In this document: piece by piece, positions 17,076-29,487 of the stretch
How the letters are laid out: the number at the start of each line of letters is the position of its first letter
Position numbering within the stretch: position 1 is the stretch's first letter
Made by a program: the position numbers and the translations under genes
Assembly: GCF_009914755.1 (NCBI RefSeq)
Contig: NC_060927.1
DNA from: the human T2T-CHM13v2.0 reference genome, Homo sapiens
Reading direction: 5' to 3' (one strand)
Length of the DNA: 64,000 nt
Notes under the pieces: generated by a model
Told to the model about the DNA's origin: nothing
The model's input: only the letters and a program-made list of their open reading frames with translations
Databases searched by the model: none

Positions 17076-19954
17076 ATATTATAAAATGTTTAGAATTATG
17101 GAAAATAAAAGAATTTGTATCAAAATTTGTGAAAAAGATTTAGAAGATGGTTTATACACTTTAAAATTACTTAGAAATGAAAAATCAAGTATTAACTAAT
17201 TAATTTTTTAATCCACAAAACTGGGACAATGCAGAATAAATAAGTTGAAAAAGGAAAGCAACAACAAAAAATAAGAGTAATTGCAATAAAGAACTGAAAA
17301 AAGAGTTAATAAACAAATTTATTTAATTAGTTTTTAAAGAAATGAATTAAATAGACATACATATAGATCACTGACTATGAGAAAATTTTAAAATATTAGC
17401 AATAAAAAGGGAGCCATAATATTAGATACAGCCAATTTGTTTTTTTAAAAATTATAAAATGTTATGAATTTATTAATGCAAATAAGTTTAGAGAAATAGA
17501 AGAACTGATCAATCTTTTAGAAATATTAATAACATAATGACCCTAGAGAAAATAATAATACAAAATACTATGATAACTTTTAAAAAAACTAAATGTATAA
17601 TCAAAATTCTCCCTTAAAATATATCCTGGGCTCAGGTGTTTTTATAAGTGAATTTTGAATCAAATTTTTAAAAAGCTGATCGTCTCAATTCATTACAAAT
17701 AAGAATGGAAAATAAAAGAAAAAGAAAAAACCATACCCCAATTCAAAGTATGAAGCAATTATAACCTTCATATTAAAATCTAAACAAGGACAGCATAATA
17801 AAAAAGAATTATTCGCCAATCTCTTATAAGCATGCTTGCAAAGTATTACATAATACTTTAGAAAATGTTGCCTTTATTTTCTTTTGCCTTCATATTGTTT
17901 GAGCAGTTTGGCTCCCATCATTACCATGCTTAAGAAATGAATTTTGTAGGATGCTTGTGCTGTTTGATTGAGTTTACTTGGATTTTTAGCCATTTTCTTT
18001 ACACTTGACTGCCAAACTCCACAAGATATTTTTACCTTTTCTAGTTTTCTATAATTTCATTGTCTTGTAGATTCTGTTATCTGACTCTTTGCTAACACTC
18101 TTTCTATGTTCTATGACTTCCCCTTCAGCCCCTTTATGCTGGGAGTTAAACATGTAGAGCCTGACCTATTGCTCTTCTTGATTTATATCCACTGCCTTGA
18201 AGAGTACACCCATTCCCACATGGCTAGTAATCCTCATTTGATTGGTAACTCTCAAATTGAAAAGTTCCCCATCTGATCAGCAGAGCTGTAGTTTTCTCAG
18301 ATACTTAGCTCTGTTGTGCACATCACTGCTTTAATTGGATCTGACTAACACCAAACTCAGCATTTTTCTGACTTCTAATTTTTTTACCTCACATCACCTT
18401 TTCTATGGTCACATTTTTTTTTCTTTTTTGTTTTCTTTTTTATTTTTATTTTTTATTTTTTTTTGGTTACGAAAACTTGTCAATATGGCAATGTCATTGA
18501 ATTTTTTTCTTTTTCATTCGCTGTATCCATCAGATTCAATCTTTAATACAGCTCATATTTGTCTCTTTCTATCCAGTCTCATTTGTACATTGTTAGACAA
18601 GTGTTTATCACTAATCTGGAATACATCATCTTCAATAAGGCTCTTGTTTTCCTCCAAGCTGCACTGCTCACACTGCTCAGTTTTCTGTTAAGCAACCTGC
18701 TCATTATAGTAGAGCACCAAGGTGATCTGTTCTTCTGTTCTTCAGAAGTTCACTATTTCTTGTTGCAACAGGGCTACATGATTTTAAGATTCCTCAAAGT
18801 CAATACGAATTAACATTATTTTCCATTTCCATTCTGTATATCTTCACATTCCATAAATATAATACTCATGTATACGTTAAATTTCCTTATAAGTTCAACA
18901 CATTGAAAGCTAAAATAAAGACTTCCTACTAGGAAATTGTAAATAAAACCCTTGGCTATGGAATCCAGATTGTATTTTTAGTTGAATTTTGCTTTGTTTA
19001 TTTAAAATACATCAAAGTTGAACATATAAAGAGATTAAACTGAAAAAATGGTTTGTTAATGCATGGGCATTTTTGCCAGATTATTTTATTTTTCAAAAAG
19101 GTGTTATTGAATTGTAAAAATTATATTTTCAGGATGGCAAGTTATCTTTGAAAGCAAGCATTTGGCTCTGGTTAACTTTTTTTTTTTTTTTTTTCCCCGT
19201 AGAGGATACAGAAGACGCTTGACATAGCTTGTCTGACATAGTAAAGGGAGTTATTAAGAAAATTGCCTGTAACTTGTACCAATCTGTGGTTTCTGCATTT
19301 TCCCTTTGGCTTCTGTTTTCTAATTCCCTGGTCCCAAGCCACATCAGTTGTTTCTTAATTCACTTTAAGCCACATATCATCATGACAATGTCTGTTACTC
19401 AAGATCCCTGAGTCCCTTGCCAACCTCAATGGTTATTTAATATAATAGAAGAGATTATGTGATTGACAATGAAATCAGATCTTAAGCTGATACTTAACTT
19501 GTAAGGAACAGTGACCTATGCTTGGTGGGTATTTAAATCTTGAGTTGTTCTGTTCCTGTTCTTTGCATTTTCCAAAATTCTTAGATTACTTCACAAGACC
19601 ATTTCATCTGAGTGTAAACACCAACCATAGCAACAAAATCACAATATTATAATATTAGCATTGTTTAAAATAATAAGCTGGTTTCTCATTTATAATAATT
19701 TCTGACAAAAATTCTTTAATCTTATTTTTAATTTAAAATTTTTTTCTTGCATGTTAAGTTCACAGTTTTGGTCTCATGAGTGTTATGCATAAAAACATTT
19801 TTTTAACACAATTGCATTTTGTTATTCTTAATTATTAAAGAAGTTGTTGTTTTAAAAGTCTATATTAAGAATGTAGACTTAATTTTTGCTTAATTAGTAT
19901 TCAAATCCAAAATTAATAATTAGATTAATTTATATTAATTTAAAACAAGTAGTT

Positions 19955-20197
19955 AGGAAAAATGAATAAGACCCAGTATTTGGTAGCACAATAGTAACTA
20001 CAGTTAATAATAATTTAATTATACTTAAAAAAATAACTAAAAGATCATAATTGTTTGTAACAGAAAGCATAAGTGGTTGAGGGGATAGATATCCCATTTA
20101 CCATGATATGATTATTACTCATGGCATTCCTGTGCCAAAGTATTTCATGTACCCCATATAGATATATACCTACTAAAAATTGAAAATTTAAAAAAGA
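19955..20197 (+). mobile_element. L1MA (MA2-MA4-like) 3' end
   Basis: aatgaataagacccagtatttggtagcacaatag...catgtacccc...tacctac plus A-rich tail. Confidence 0.75.
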
Positions 20198-22300
20198 ACA
20201 GTTTATAATATTTAACTTACAGAAAATATATTCTTTTTTTGAAGTTTAGAGATTTATTTTCCATATTCTTGAAAGCTTCAAAACAAAAATGGCATTGGCA
20301 AATTGTGTCTACTGAAATTCAGGATCGTATACGCTTTTAATATTAAGTTTTACTCATTTAAGCATAGTTATATGAATGAATGTATTGGAGCATCTATATA
20401 AATAATTTTGTTCAGAGTAGAGTAATTCATCAGTGCCTCTCATTTAAATAAAATTAACATAGTTAATAAAAATTCATACCTTTTCAAGATATATTTCTTT
20501 CTTAGACAATGGGAACAAAAAATATTTTAGAGTTCTCACTGCCCTAGAACATTTTGAAAAACATTGTTTGCCAACTCTTTCTCTAAAGAAAACCATACAC
20601 TCAAATATGTATAGGCTGAAAGATCAGATTTTAAATTTAATTTTATATGTAACACTCTTACCTTGAGATGAGATTTCTTAGCCAGCATCGTATACTGCTG
20701 TTTCTAACATTAATTTCTCATTGCCCAGTAACCTCACTACTACCTAAAAATGTGTTCTGCTGGCTCATAAACAATTATATCATCAATCCCCTCTGTGTGT
20801 AACAAGAGACCTTAACCACAGAACTGGGAAATAAAAGGAAGAATTATGCCAGAAGTAACAACGGTGCCAGAAACCTGCCTTGCAGTGATTGGCTAAATGA
20901 GGCCAACCAGTTGAGTTTCATTCAGCAGACTTGTTGAGTTAACCTACAAGCTTTTTTTTTTTTTTTTTTTTTTTCATTTTCTCTATTTTTCTTTACTTGC
21001 GCCTCCTTTGATTTCATGCTGGCTTTTTAAATTGAGGATAAAGTTAATTCATTTAACAATGCCACAGCTGGAATTAAGTATGCCTCTTCTCTGATCGCTG
21101 AGGGGAGGGGCTGTGCTGGTTGGTGGTGTCTTATTGGATGTCCAACACCCTTGAGGGCTGTTGCTGAATCAGTGGTGCCTCTAGCGACAGGCAAGAAGTT
21201 AACTAATTATGAACATATGGTTTGGCAGACACCTTGTTAGCTTGCTGCTGCGTAGGTGTTTGGAAGGAGGTGAAGGGGAAAGTTTGAGGTAGAAGGTGTG
21301 GCTAAAAGTCCCACTGATAAGCCTGGGGGAGATTTGATTGATCCTAATCTTTTTGTCAAGAATCAGCATGCTTCTGGCAGCAACAGCTTGGTAATAACAG
21401 AGATTTGTGGCCCTTAAGCTCTGGTGTGATAGACGGCACACATAACCAGATCAGTCAACTGGCTCCTTATAAGGCCCTCATTTAATTGGCCACAATAGTG
21501 GGAACAGAAATGAGATGTTAGGTCAAGGTACAACACATGGCCTACCTGAAATGGCTCAAAATGAAATAAGGCACAGATGTCATTCTTTATTGGCATGATT
21601 ACCATCAGAGGAATAAGAGAAGGCTCGAGAAAAGGACTGCAGGGAAGCCTTTAGTAAGAGCCACACAAGTGCAGTATTTATACAGTACTTGAATTACTTA
21701 AAGAAAAATGCAGGCGTATAAAGGATTGAGAGGAGACATATTAGACTGGGTTGTGACTTGGTCTGAAGAAGAATAAAGTAGGCATTCTATGTTATAAAAA
21801 ATGAAATTTCTTGGAAAATTAATAGTAGATAGTTTGAAACATTTTGTGAATTTTATGTATCTATGAAAAATTACACACACTCCTGGTATTCAACTGCATA
21901 GCTGTAAAAATCATATGTTTTCATCACCTATATTTTTGCATATAGTACTTATTGTATAATAATATATATTAATTATATATTATTATATATTATATAATTA
22001 TATATAATAATGTATAAGAATATTTTATATAAGACCCTTGGACTTATTGTATGAATTTTATATACCTACTCTAAAGCCTAAATTTTTTGAATACTAAAAA
22101 AAATTCCATGATATCTACGGAAAACTAGTTTATCTGATGGGAAACATTTGCTCTTAAAAGATCTGCTAGTTTCCAGTCTTTCTCCTATTCTTATGGATGC
22201 TCTTATGTTAATTACTCAGGGTGGTATAGACAATAGAGACATTTTGTATATCATTTAAAACAGTATTGGAAATTATATAAAAGTAATTGTGCAGCCTGCC

Positions 22301-22656
22301 TGTATTAGTTCATTCTCACACTGCTATGAAAAAATACATGAGACCTGGGAATTTTTAAAGAAAAGAGGTTTAATTGACTCACAGATCCACATGGCTGGCA
22401 AGGCCTCAGGAAACTTAGAATCGTGGCAGAAGGCCCCTCTTCACATGGTAGCAGGAGAGAGAATGAGTGCCAAGCAAATAGGGAAGCCCATTATAAAACC
22501 ATCAGATCCAGGATAACTCACTTACTATCAGGAGAACAGCATGGGGGAAACTGCCTCCATGATTCAATTATCTTCACCTGATCCCACCCTTGACACATGG
22601 GGATTATTACAATTCAAGGTGAGATTCGAGTGGGGACACAGAGCCAAACCATACCA
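22301..22656 (-). mobile_element. THE1D-like solo LTR (MaLR)
   Basis: tgtattagtt...gccaaaccatacca termini; 5-bp TSD CTGCC/CTACC. Confidence 0.88.
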
Positions 22657-24299
22657 CTACCTTACTACTAAGTGATCAATAATTAGCATATTTCCAGATG
22701 GAAGGAACATTGTTCCAGATGTGACCCAGGAGACTCGCCTCTGTGTTCTGCAATTACACTGATAGCACGTGAACAGTGTTGTGTGAAAGTGAATATGTAC
22801 ATGTGCATATATCAATATGGTAATTGTTTGTTCTTCTGGAAATGGTTTGTACACATTTTCTTTTTAAAGAAGCTACAATTCATTTTTTAAATGTCCCAAA
22901 CCTTATGTCTTGTTGAAAATACACCCACAGGGATCTTGGAATAAGAAAGACCAGAAGTGCAACAGTGTAGAGCACGGCTATAGCCAGACGTCTTTAGGCC
23001 AGGTTCTAACACTTAGTGGCAGTGTGACCTTGGGCAAATTGCTAACTCCTTAAATTTTTGATGTCCTCATTCATAAATAGCACCTGACCTACATGACCTA
23101 CCACAGTGGGTTAGTGTAAGGATAAATTGAGTTAATGTATGACATGGTTTGGATCCATGTCCCCAACTAGATCTCATGTTGAAATGTATTCCCCAATGCT
23201 GGAGATGGGGCCTAGTGGGTGGTGATTGGATGATGGGGGTGATTTCTTATGGTTTAACACCATCCCCCTTGGTTCTGTCATTACAATAGTGAGTTCTTTT
23301 GAGATCTAGTTGTTTAAAAGTATATGGCACCTCCCCATCTCTCTCTCTCTTGTTTGTGCTCTGGCCATGTAAGATAAGCCTGCTTCCTGTTTGCATTTCA
23401 CAACAACTGTAACTTTCCTGAGGCCTCCCAAGTAGTCAGGTAGATAGGCAGCATCGCATATAGCCTGCAGAACCATGAACCAATTAAGCCTTTTAAAAAA
23501 TATTTTATATTAAATAAACCAATATTAAATAAAACCAAGTCTCAGATATTTCTTTACAGCAATGTGAGAATGGATTAATACAGAAAATTGGTACCAAGGA
23601 GTAGGGCATTTCTATAAAGATACCTGAAAATGTGAAGGCAACTTTGGAACTGGGTAAAGGTGGAGATTAGAAGAGTATAGAGGGCTCAGAAGATAAGAAG
23701 ATGAGAGAAAATTTGGAACTTCTGAGAGAATTGTTGAACAGTTGTGACCAATGTGATAGTGACATGGACAAAGATGGCCATGCTAATATGGTCTCAGATG
23801 GAGATGAAGAACTTATTGGGAACTGGAGCAAAGGTCACGTTTGTTATGTTTTAGCAAGGAGGCTGGCTGCATTGTGCCTCTGTTCTAGGGAATCTGTGGA
23901 ATTTTGAACTTGAGAATGATAATTTAGAGTATCTACTGGAAGGAATTTCTAAGAAGCAAAGTGCTCAAGAATGGCCTGGCTGCTTGTAAAACCTATGCTC
24001 ATATGTGTGAGCAAAGAAATGACCTGATACTGCTTATATTTAAAAGAGAAGTAGACCATAAAAGTTTGGAAAATTTGCAGCCTGGCAATGCAGTAGAAAA
24101 GAAAAACCCATTTCTGGGTACCAATTGAAGCGCAATGCAGATATTCAAATAACTAAAAGGAAGACAAGTGCTGATAGCTTCCAACACAATGGGCAAAAGG
24201 GCTTCAATGCATTTCAGAGACCTCTGGGGCAGCCTCTCCCATCACAGGCCCAGAGGCCTTGGAGAGAAGAATGGTTTCATGGGCCAGGACCCTGGGGCC

Positions 24300-27200
24300 A
24301 CCACAGCTAAGAACTCTCACAGAGTCCATTTAACCCCACCACCACCTACACTGGAACAGACGCTTATAACCAAGGCTGAGAGACCAATAGATGGTTCACA
24401 TCGCAGGAATCTATGCAGACAACCACCAGTACCAGCCCAGAACCAGGTAGGTTTGCTGGTTGGCTAGATCCAGAAGAGGGACAACAATCACTGCAGTTTG
24501 GTTCACAGGAAGCCACATCCATAGGAAAAGGGGGAGAGTAGTACATCAAAGGAACACCCCATGGGACAAAAGAATCTGAAAAGCAGCCTTCAGCCCTAGA
24601 CCTTCTCTCTGATAGAGGCTACCCAAATGAGAAGGAACCAGAAAACCAACCCCAATAATATAGCAAAAGAAGGCTCTTCAGTAACCCCTGAAAACCACAC
24701 AAGTTCACCAAAAATGGATCCAAACCAAGAAGAAATCCCTAATTTACCTGAGAAAGAATTCAGGAGGTTAATTATTAAGCTAATCAGAAATGGAGGGACC
24801 AGAGAAAGGGGAAGCCCAATGTAAGGAAATCCAAAAAATGATACAAAAAGAAGGGAGAAAAAATCAAGGAAATAAATAGCTTAAAGTAAAAACAATAAGA
24901 AATTTAGGAAACTTTGGATACACTTTTAGAAATGTGAAATGCTCTGGAAAGTCTCAGCAATAAAATTGAACAAGTAGAAGAAAGAAACTCAGAGCTTGAA
25001 GACAAGGTTTTTGTATCAACCCAATCCAACAAAGACAAAGAAAAAAGAATAAGAAAATATGAACAAAACCTCTGAGAAGTCTGGGATAATGTTAAACGAG
25101 CAAACCTAACAATAATCAGTGTTCCTGAGGATGAAGATTATTCTAAAAGCCTGGAAAACATATTTGTGGAAATAATCAAGAAAAACTCCCCCAGCCTTGC
25201 TAGAGACCTAGACATCCACATACAAGAAGCACAAAGAACACCCAGGAAATTTATCACAAAAATATCTTCACCTAGGCACATTGTCATCAGGTTATCCAAA
25301 GTTAAGATGAAGGAAATAATCCTAAGAGCTGTGAGACAAAAACACAACGTAACTTATAAAAGAAAACCTATCATGTTAACAGCAGATTTATCAGAAGAAA
25401 CCCTACAAGCTAGAAGGGATTGGGGTCCTATCTTCAGCCTCCTGATGCAAAACAATTATCAGCCAAGAATTTTGTATTCAGCAAAACTAAGCATCATATA
25501 TGAAGGAAAGACACAATCTTTTTCAGACAAACAAAAGCTGAGAGAATTCGTGACTACGAAGCCACCACTACAAGAACAGTTAAAAGGAGCTCTAAATCTT
25601 GAGAAACAAATCCTGGAAACACAAAATAGAACCTCTTTAAAGCATAAATCACACAGGACCTGTAAAACAAAAATACAAGTTAAAAAGCAAAACCAAAAAA
25701 ACCAAGAAAACAAAAATACACAGGCAACAAATATCATGGTGAATGCAACAGTACCTCATATTTCAATACTAACATTGAATGTAAATGTCTAAATGCTCCA
25801 CTTAAAAGCTACAGAACCACAGAATTGATAAGAACTCACCAACCAACGATCTGCTGTCTTCAGAATACTCACCTAACACATAAAGCTCACATAAACTTAA
25901 GTAAAGGGGTGGAAAAAGGCATTTCATGTAAATAGACACCAAAAGCAACAGAGGTAGCTATTCTTATATCAGACATAACAAACTTTAAAGCAACAACAGT
26001 TAAAAGAGACAAGCAGGGCTATTATATAATGGTAAAAGGCCTTGTCCAACAGGAAAATATCACAATCCTAAACATATATGCCTCTAACACTGGAGCTCCC
26101 AAATTTATAAAACAATTACTAATAGACCTAAAAAATGAGATAGGCAGCAACACAGCAATAATGGGGGACTTGAGTACTCCACTGACAGCACTAGACAGAT
26201 CATCAAGACAGAAAGTCAACAAAGAATGGAAAAATACAACCCTCCTAGCTTAAATCAAGAAGAATTAGATACCCTGAATAGACCAATAACAAGCAGCAAG
26301 ATTGAAATGGTAATTTAAAAATTACTAAGAAAAACAAAAAAGTCCAGGACCAGATGGATTCACAGCAGAATTCTACCAGACATTCAAAGAAGAATTGGTA
26401 CCAATGCTTTTGACACTATTCCACAAGATAGAGTAAGAAGGAACTCTCCCTAATTCATTCCATGAAGCCAGCATCACCCTAATACCAAAACCAGTAAAGG
26501 ACATAACCAAAAAAGAAAACTATAGACCAATATCCTTGATGAACATAGATGCTAAAATCCTAAACAAAATGCTAGCTAACCGAATCCAACATCATATCAA
26601 AAGATCATCCACCATGATCAAGTGGGTTTCATACTAGGGATGCAGGGATGGTTTAACATATTCAAGTCATTAAATGTGATATGCAACATAAACAGAATTA
26701 AAAACAAAAATCACATGATCGCCTCAATAGATGCCAAAAGAAAAAGCATTAGACAAAATCCAACATCCCATTATAATTAAAACTCTCAGCAAAATCTGCA
26801 TACAAGGTACATACCTTAAGGCAATAAAAGCCATCTATGACAAACTCACAGCCAGCATAATACTGAATGGGGAAATGTTGAAATCATTCTCTCTGAGAAC
26901 TGGAACAAGACAAGGATGCCCACTCTCACCACTCCTCAACATAGTACTGGAAGTCCTAGCCAGAGCAATCAGACAAGAGAAAGAAATAAAAGACATCCAA
27001 ATTGGTAAAAAAGAAGTCAAACTGTCACTGTTTGCTGACGATATAATCGTTTACCTTGAAAATGTACCTAAGGACTCCACCAGAAAGCTCCTAGAGCTGA
27101 TAAAATAATTCAGCAGTCTCTGGATACAAGATTAATGTACACAAATTAGTAGCTTTTCACTACGCCAACAGCGACCAAGTGGAGAATCAAATCAAGAACT

Positions 27201-28991
27201 CAACTCCTTTTACAATAGCTGCAAATAAATAATAAATAAATAAATAAAATACTTAGGAATATACCTAACTAAGAAGTTGAAAGATCTCTACAAGGAAAAC
27301 TACAAAACACTGCTGAAAGAAATCATAGATGGCACAAACAAATGGAAACACATTCCATGCTCATGGATGGGTAGAATCAATATTGTGAAAATGACCTTAC
27401 TGCCAAAAGCAATCTCCAAATTCAATGCAATTCCAATCAAATTACCACCATCATTCTTAACAGAATTAGAAAAAAAAAATTCTAAAATTTATATGGAACT
27501 GAAAAAGAGCCCGCAGAGCCAAAATAAGACTAAGCAAAAAGAACAAATCTGGAGGCATCACATGACCTGATTTCATACTATATTATAAGGCCGTAGTCAC
27601 AAAAACTGCATGGTACTGGTATAAAAATAGACACATAGACCAATGGAACAGAATAGAGAACCCAGAAATAAACCCAAATACTTATAGCCAACTGATCTTC
27701 AACAAAGCAAACAAAAACATAAAGTGGGGAAAGGACATCTTTTTCAACAAATGATGTTGGGATAATTGGCTAGCCACATATAGGAGAATGAAACTGGATC
27801 CTCATCTCTCACCTTATACAAAAATCATTGCAAGATGGATTAAAGACTTAAACCTAAGACCTGAAACTATAAAAATTCTAGAAGATAACATTGAAAAAAC
27901 CCTTGTAGACATTGGCTTAGGCAAAAATTTTATGACCAAGAACGTGAAAGCAAATTCAATAAAAACAAAGATAAATAGCTGGGACCTAATTAAACTAAAG
28001 TGCTTTTGCATGGCAAAAGGAACAGTCAGCAGAGTAAACAAGCGACACATAAAGTGGGAGAAAATCTTCACAATCTATACACAAAGGACTAATATCCAGA
28101 ATCTACAATAAGTTCAAACAAATCAGTAAGAAAAAAAACAAGCAATCCCATCAAAAAGTGGGCTAAGGACATGAATAGACAATTCTCAAATGAAGATACA
28201 CAAATGGCCAATAAACATATGAAAAAATGCTCAGCATCGCTAGTGATCAGGGAAATGCAAATCAAAACCATGCTGCAATACCACCTGACTCCTGCAAGAA
28301 TGGCCATAAGAAATAATAAATAAACAGTAGATGATGGCATGGACGCAGTGAACAGGGAACATTTCTACTCTGCTGGTGGGAATGCAAACTAGTACAGTCA
28401 CTATGGAAAACAACATGGAGATTGCTTAAATAACTAAAAGTATTACTACCATTTGAACCAGCAATTCCACTACTATGCATCTACCCAGAGGAAAAGAAAT
28501 CATTATTCAAAAAAGATACTTGCTTATGCATGTTTATAGGAGCACAATTCACAATTGCAAAATTGTGGAACCAACCCAAATGCCCATCAATCAAAAAGTG
28601 GATAAAGAAACTGTGGTATATATATGCGATAGAATACTACGCAGCCATAAAAAGGAATGGATTAATGGCATTTGCAGTGATCTGGATGAGATTGGAGACT
28701 ATTATTCTAAGTGAAGTGTCTCAGGAATGGAAAACCAAACATTGTATGTTCTCAATGATTTGTGGAATCTAAGCTATGAGGACATAAAGGCATAAGAATG
28801 ACACAATGGGGACTTTGGGGGAAGAGTGGGAGGGGTGCGAGGGATAAAAGACTATAAATATGGTGCAGTATATACTGCTCGGGTGATGGGTGCACCAATA
28901 TCTCACAAGTCAGCACTAAAGAACTTACTCATGTAACCAAAAACCACTTGTACCCCAATAACTTTTTGAAAAATAAATAAATAACAAAAAA
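24300..28991 (+). mobile_element. L1PB1 LINE-1, 5' UTR-truncated, decayed ORF1 (from 24627) and ORF2 with a ~1-kb internal deletion near 26227
   Basis: ORF1 peptides (TLQARRDWGPIF), endonuclease (ILNIYASN), RT ([15 protein letters not shown]), C-terminal ORF2; L1PB1-type 3' UTR and A-rich tail 28970-28991; many stops and frameshifts. Confidence 0.92.
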
Positions 28992-29487
28992 GATTCAAGG
29001 AAAACAAATGCCAATAATATGCTTATTTTTGAGAGAGTAGTTTTTTTTATGTCCTTCAAAGAAAAACAATCTTTATAGCCTCTCCATCTCCCTAACCTTA
29101 ACTCACTATGTGCAAAGACCTTTGGAATGGGTTGGGGTGTTTCCGGATTATGACGACACAGTTGAGAACTTTTATGTTTTTAAATCTTCCTTCATACATA
29201 GGTTTTTTCCCCTCTTTGTCTTTTTTTCTGATCCCTTTCTTTTGTCTTGGTTCCATGAAAGTCAGGTTTCATGATGATTTCTTGGTGAACTCCCCTTTTT
29301 GAAGAAACTTCAATCCCAATCATTCGCATGTTAGACAACAGGGCAATGTGTGACTGTCTTTGAGTTCACTGTAACTAGAGGAAACAAAATTGCTGTATGG
29401 ATATGAAATGGGATAACCACATTGAGTATATACATTTGTTTATAAATTTTTACATAAATAAACAGTTGTGCAACAATCATAAAAAAA
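28992..29487 (+). other. L1 3' transduction (non-repeat sequence with its own poly(A) signal)
   Basis: Unique sequence between the L1 tail and resumption of MST-int; AATAAA 29457-29462, A7 at 29481-29487. Confidence 0.8.

Noticed and set aside
18640-18935. Possible retrocopied 3' UTR (AATAAA at 18914-18919, a few CpGs)
   Set aside because: No poly(A) tail or TSD visible and source not recognised
21170-21195. CTCF-like GTCGCTAGAGGCACC on minus
   Set aside because: Core is one G short, so the GGC register does not fit; the similar site near 16115-16131 is also poor
25166-28772. L1 ORF1/ORF2 fragments as functional CDS
   Set aside because: Multiple stops and frameshifts plus a ~1-kb ORF2 deletion
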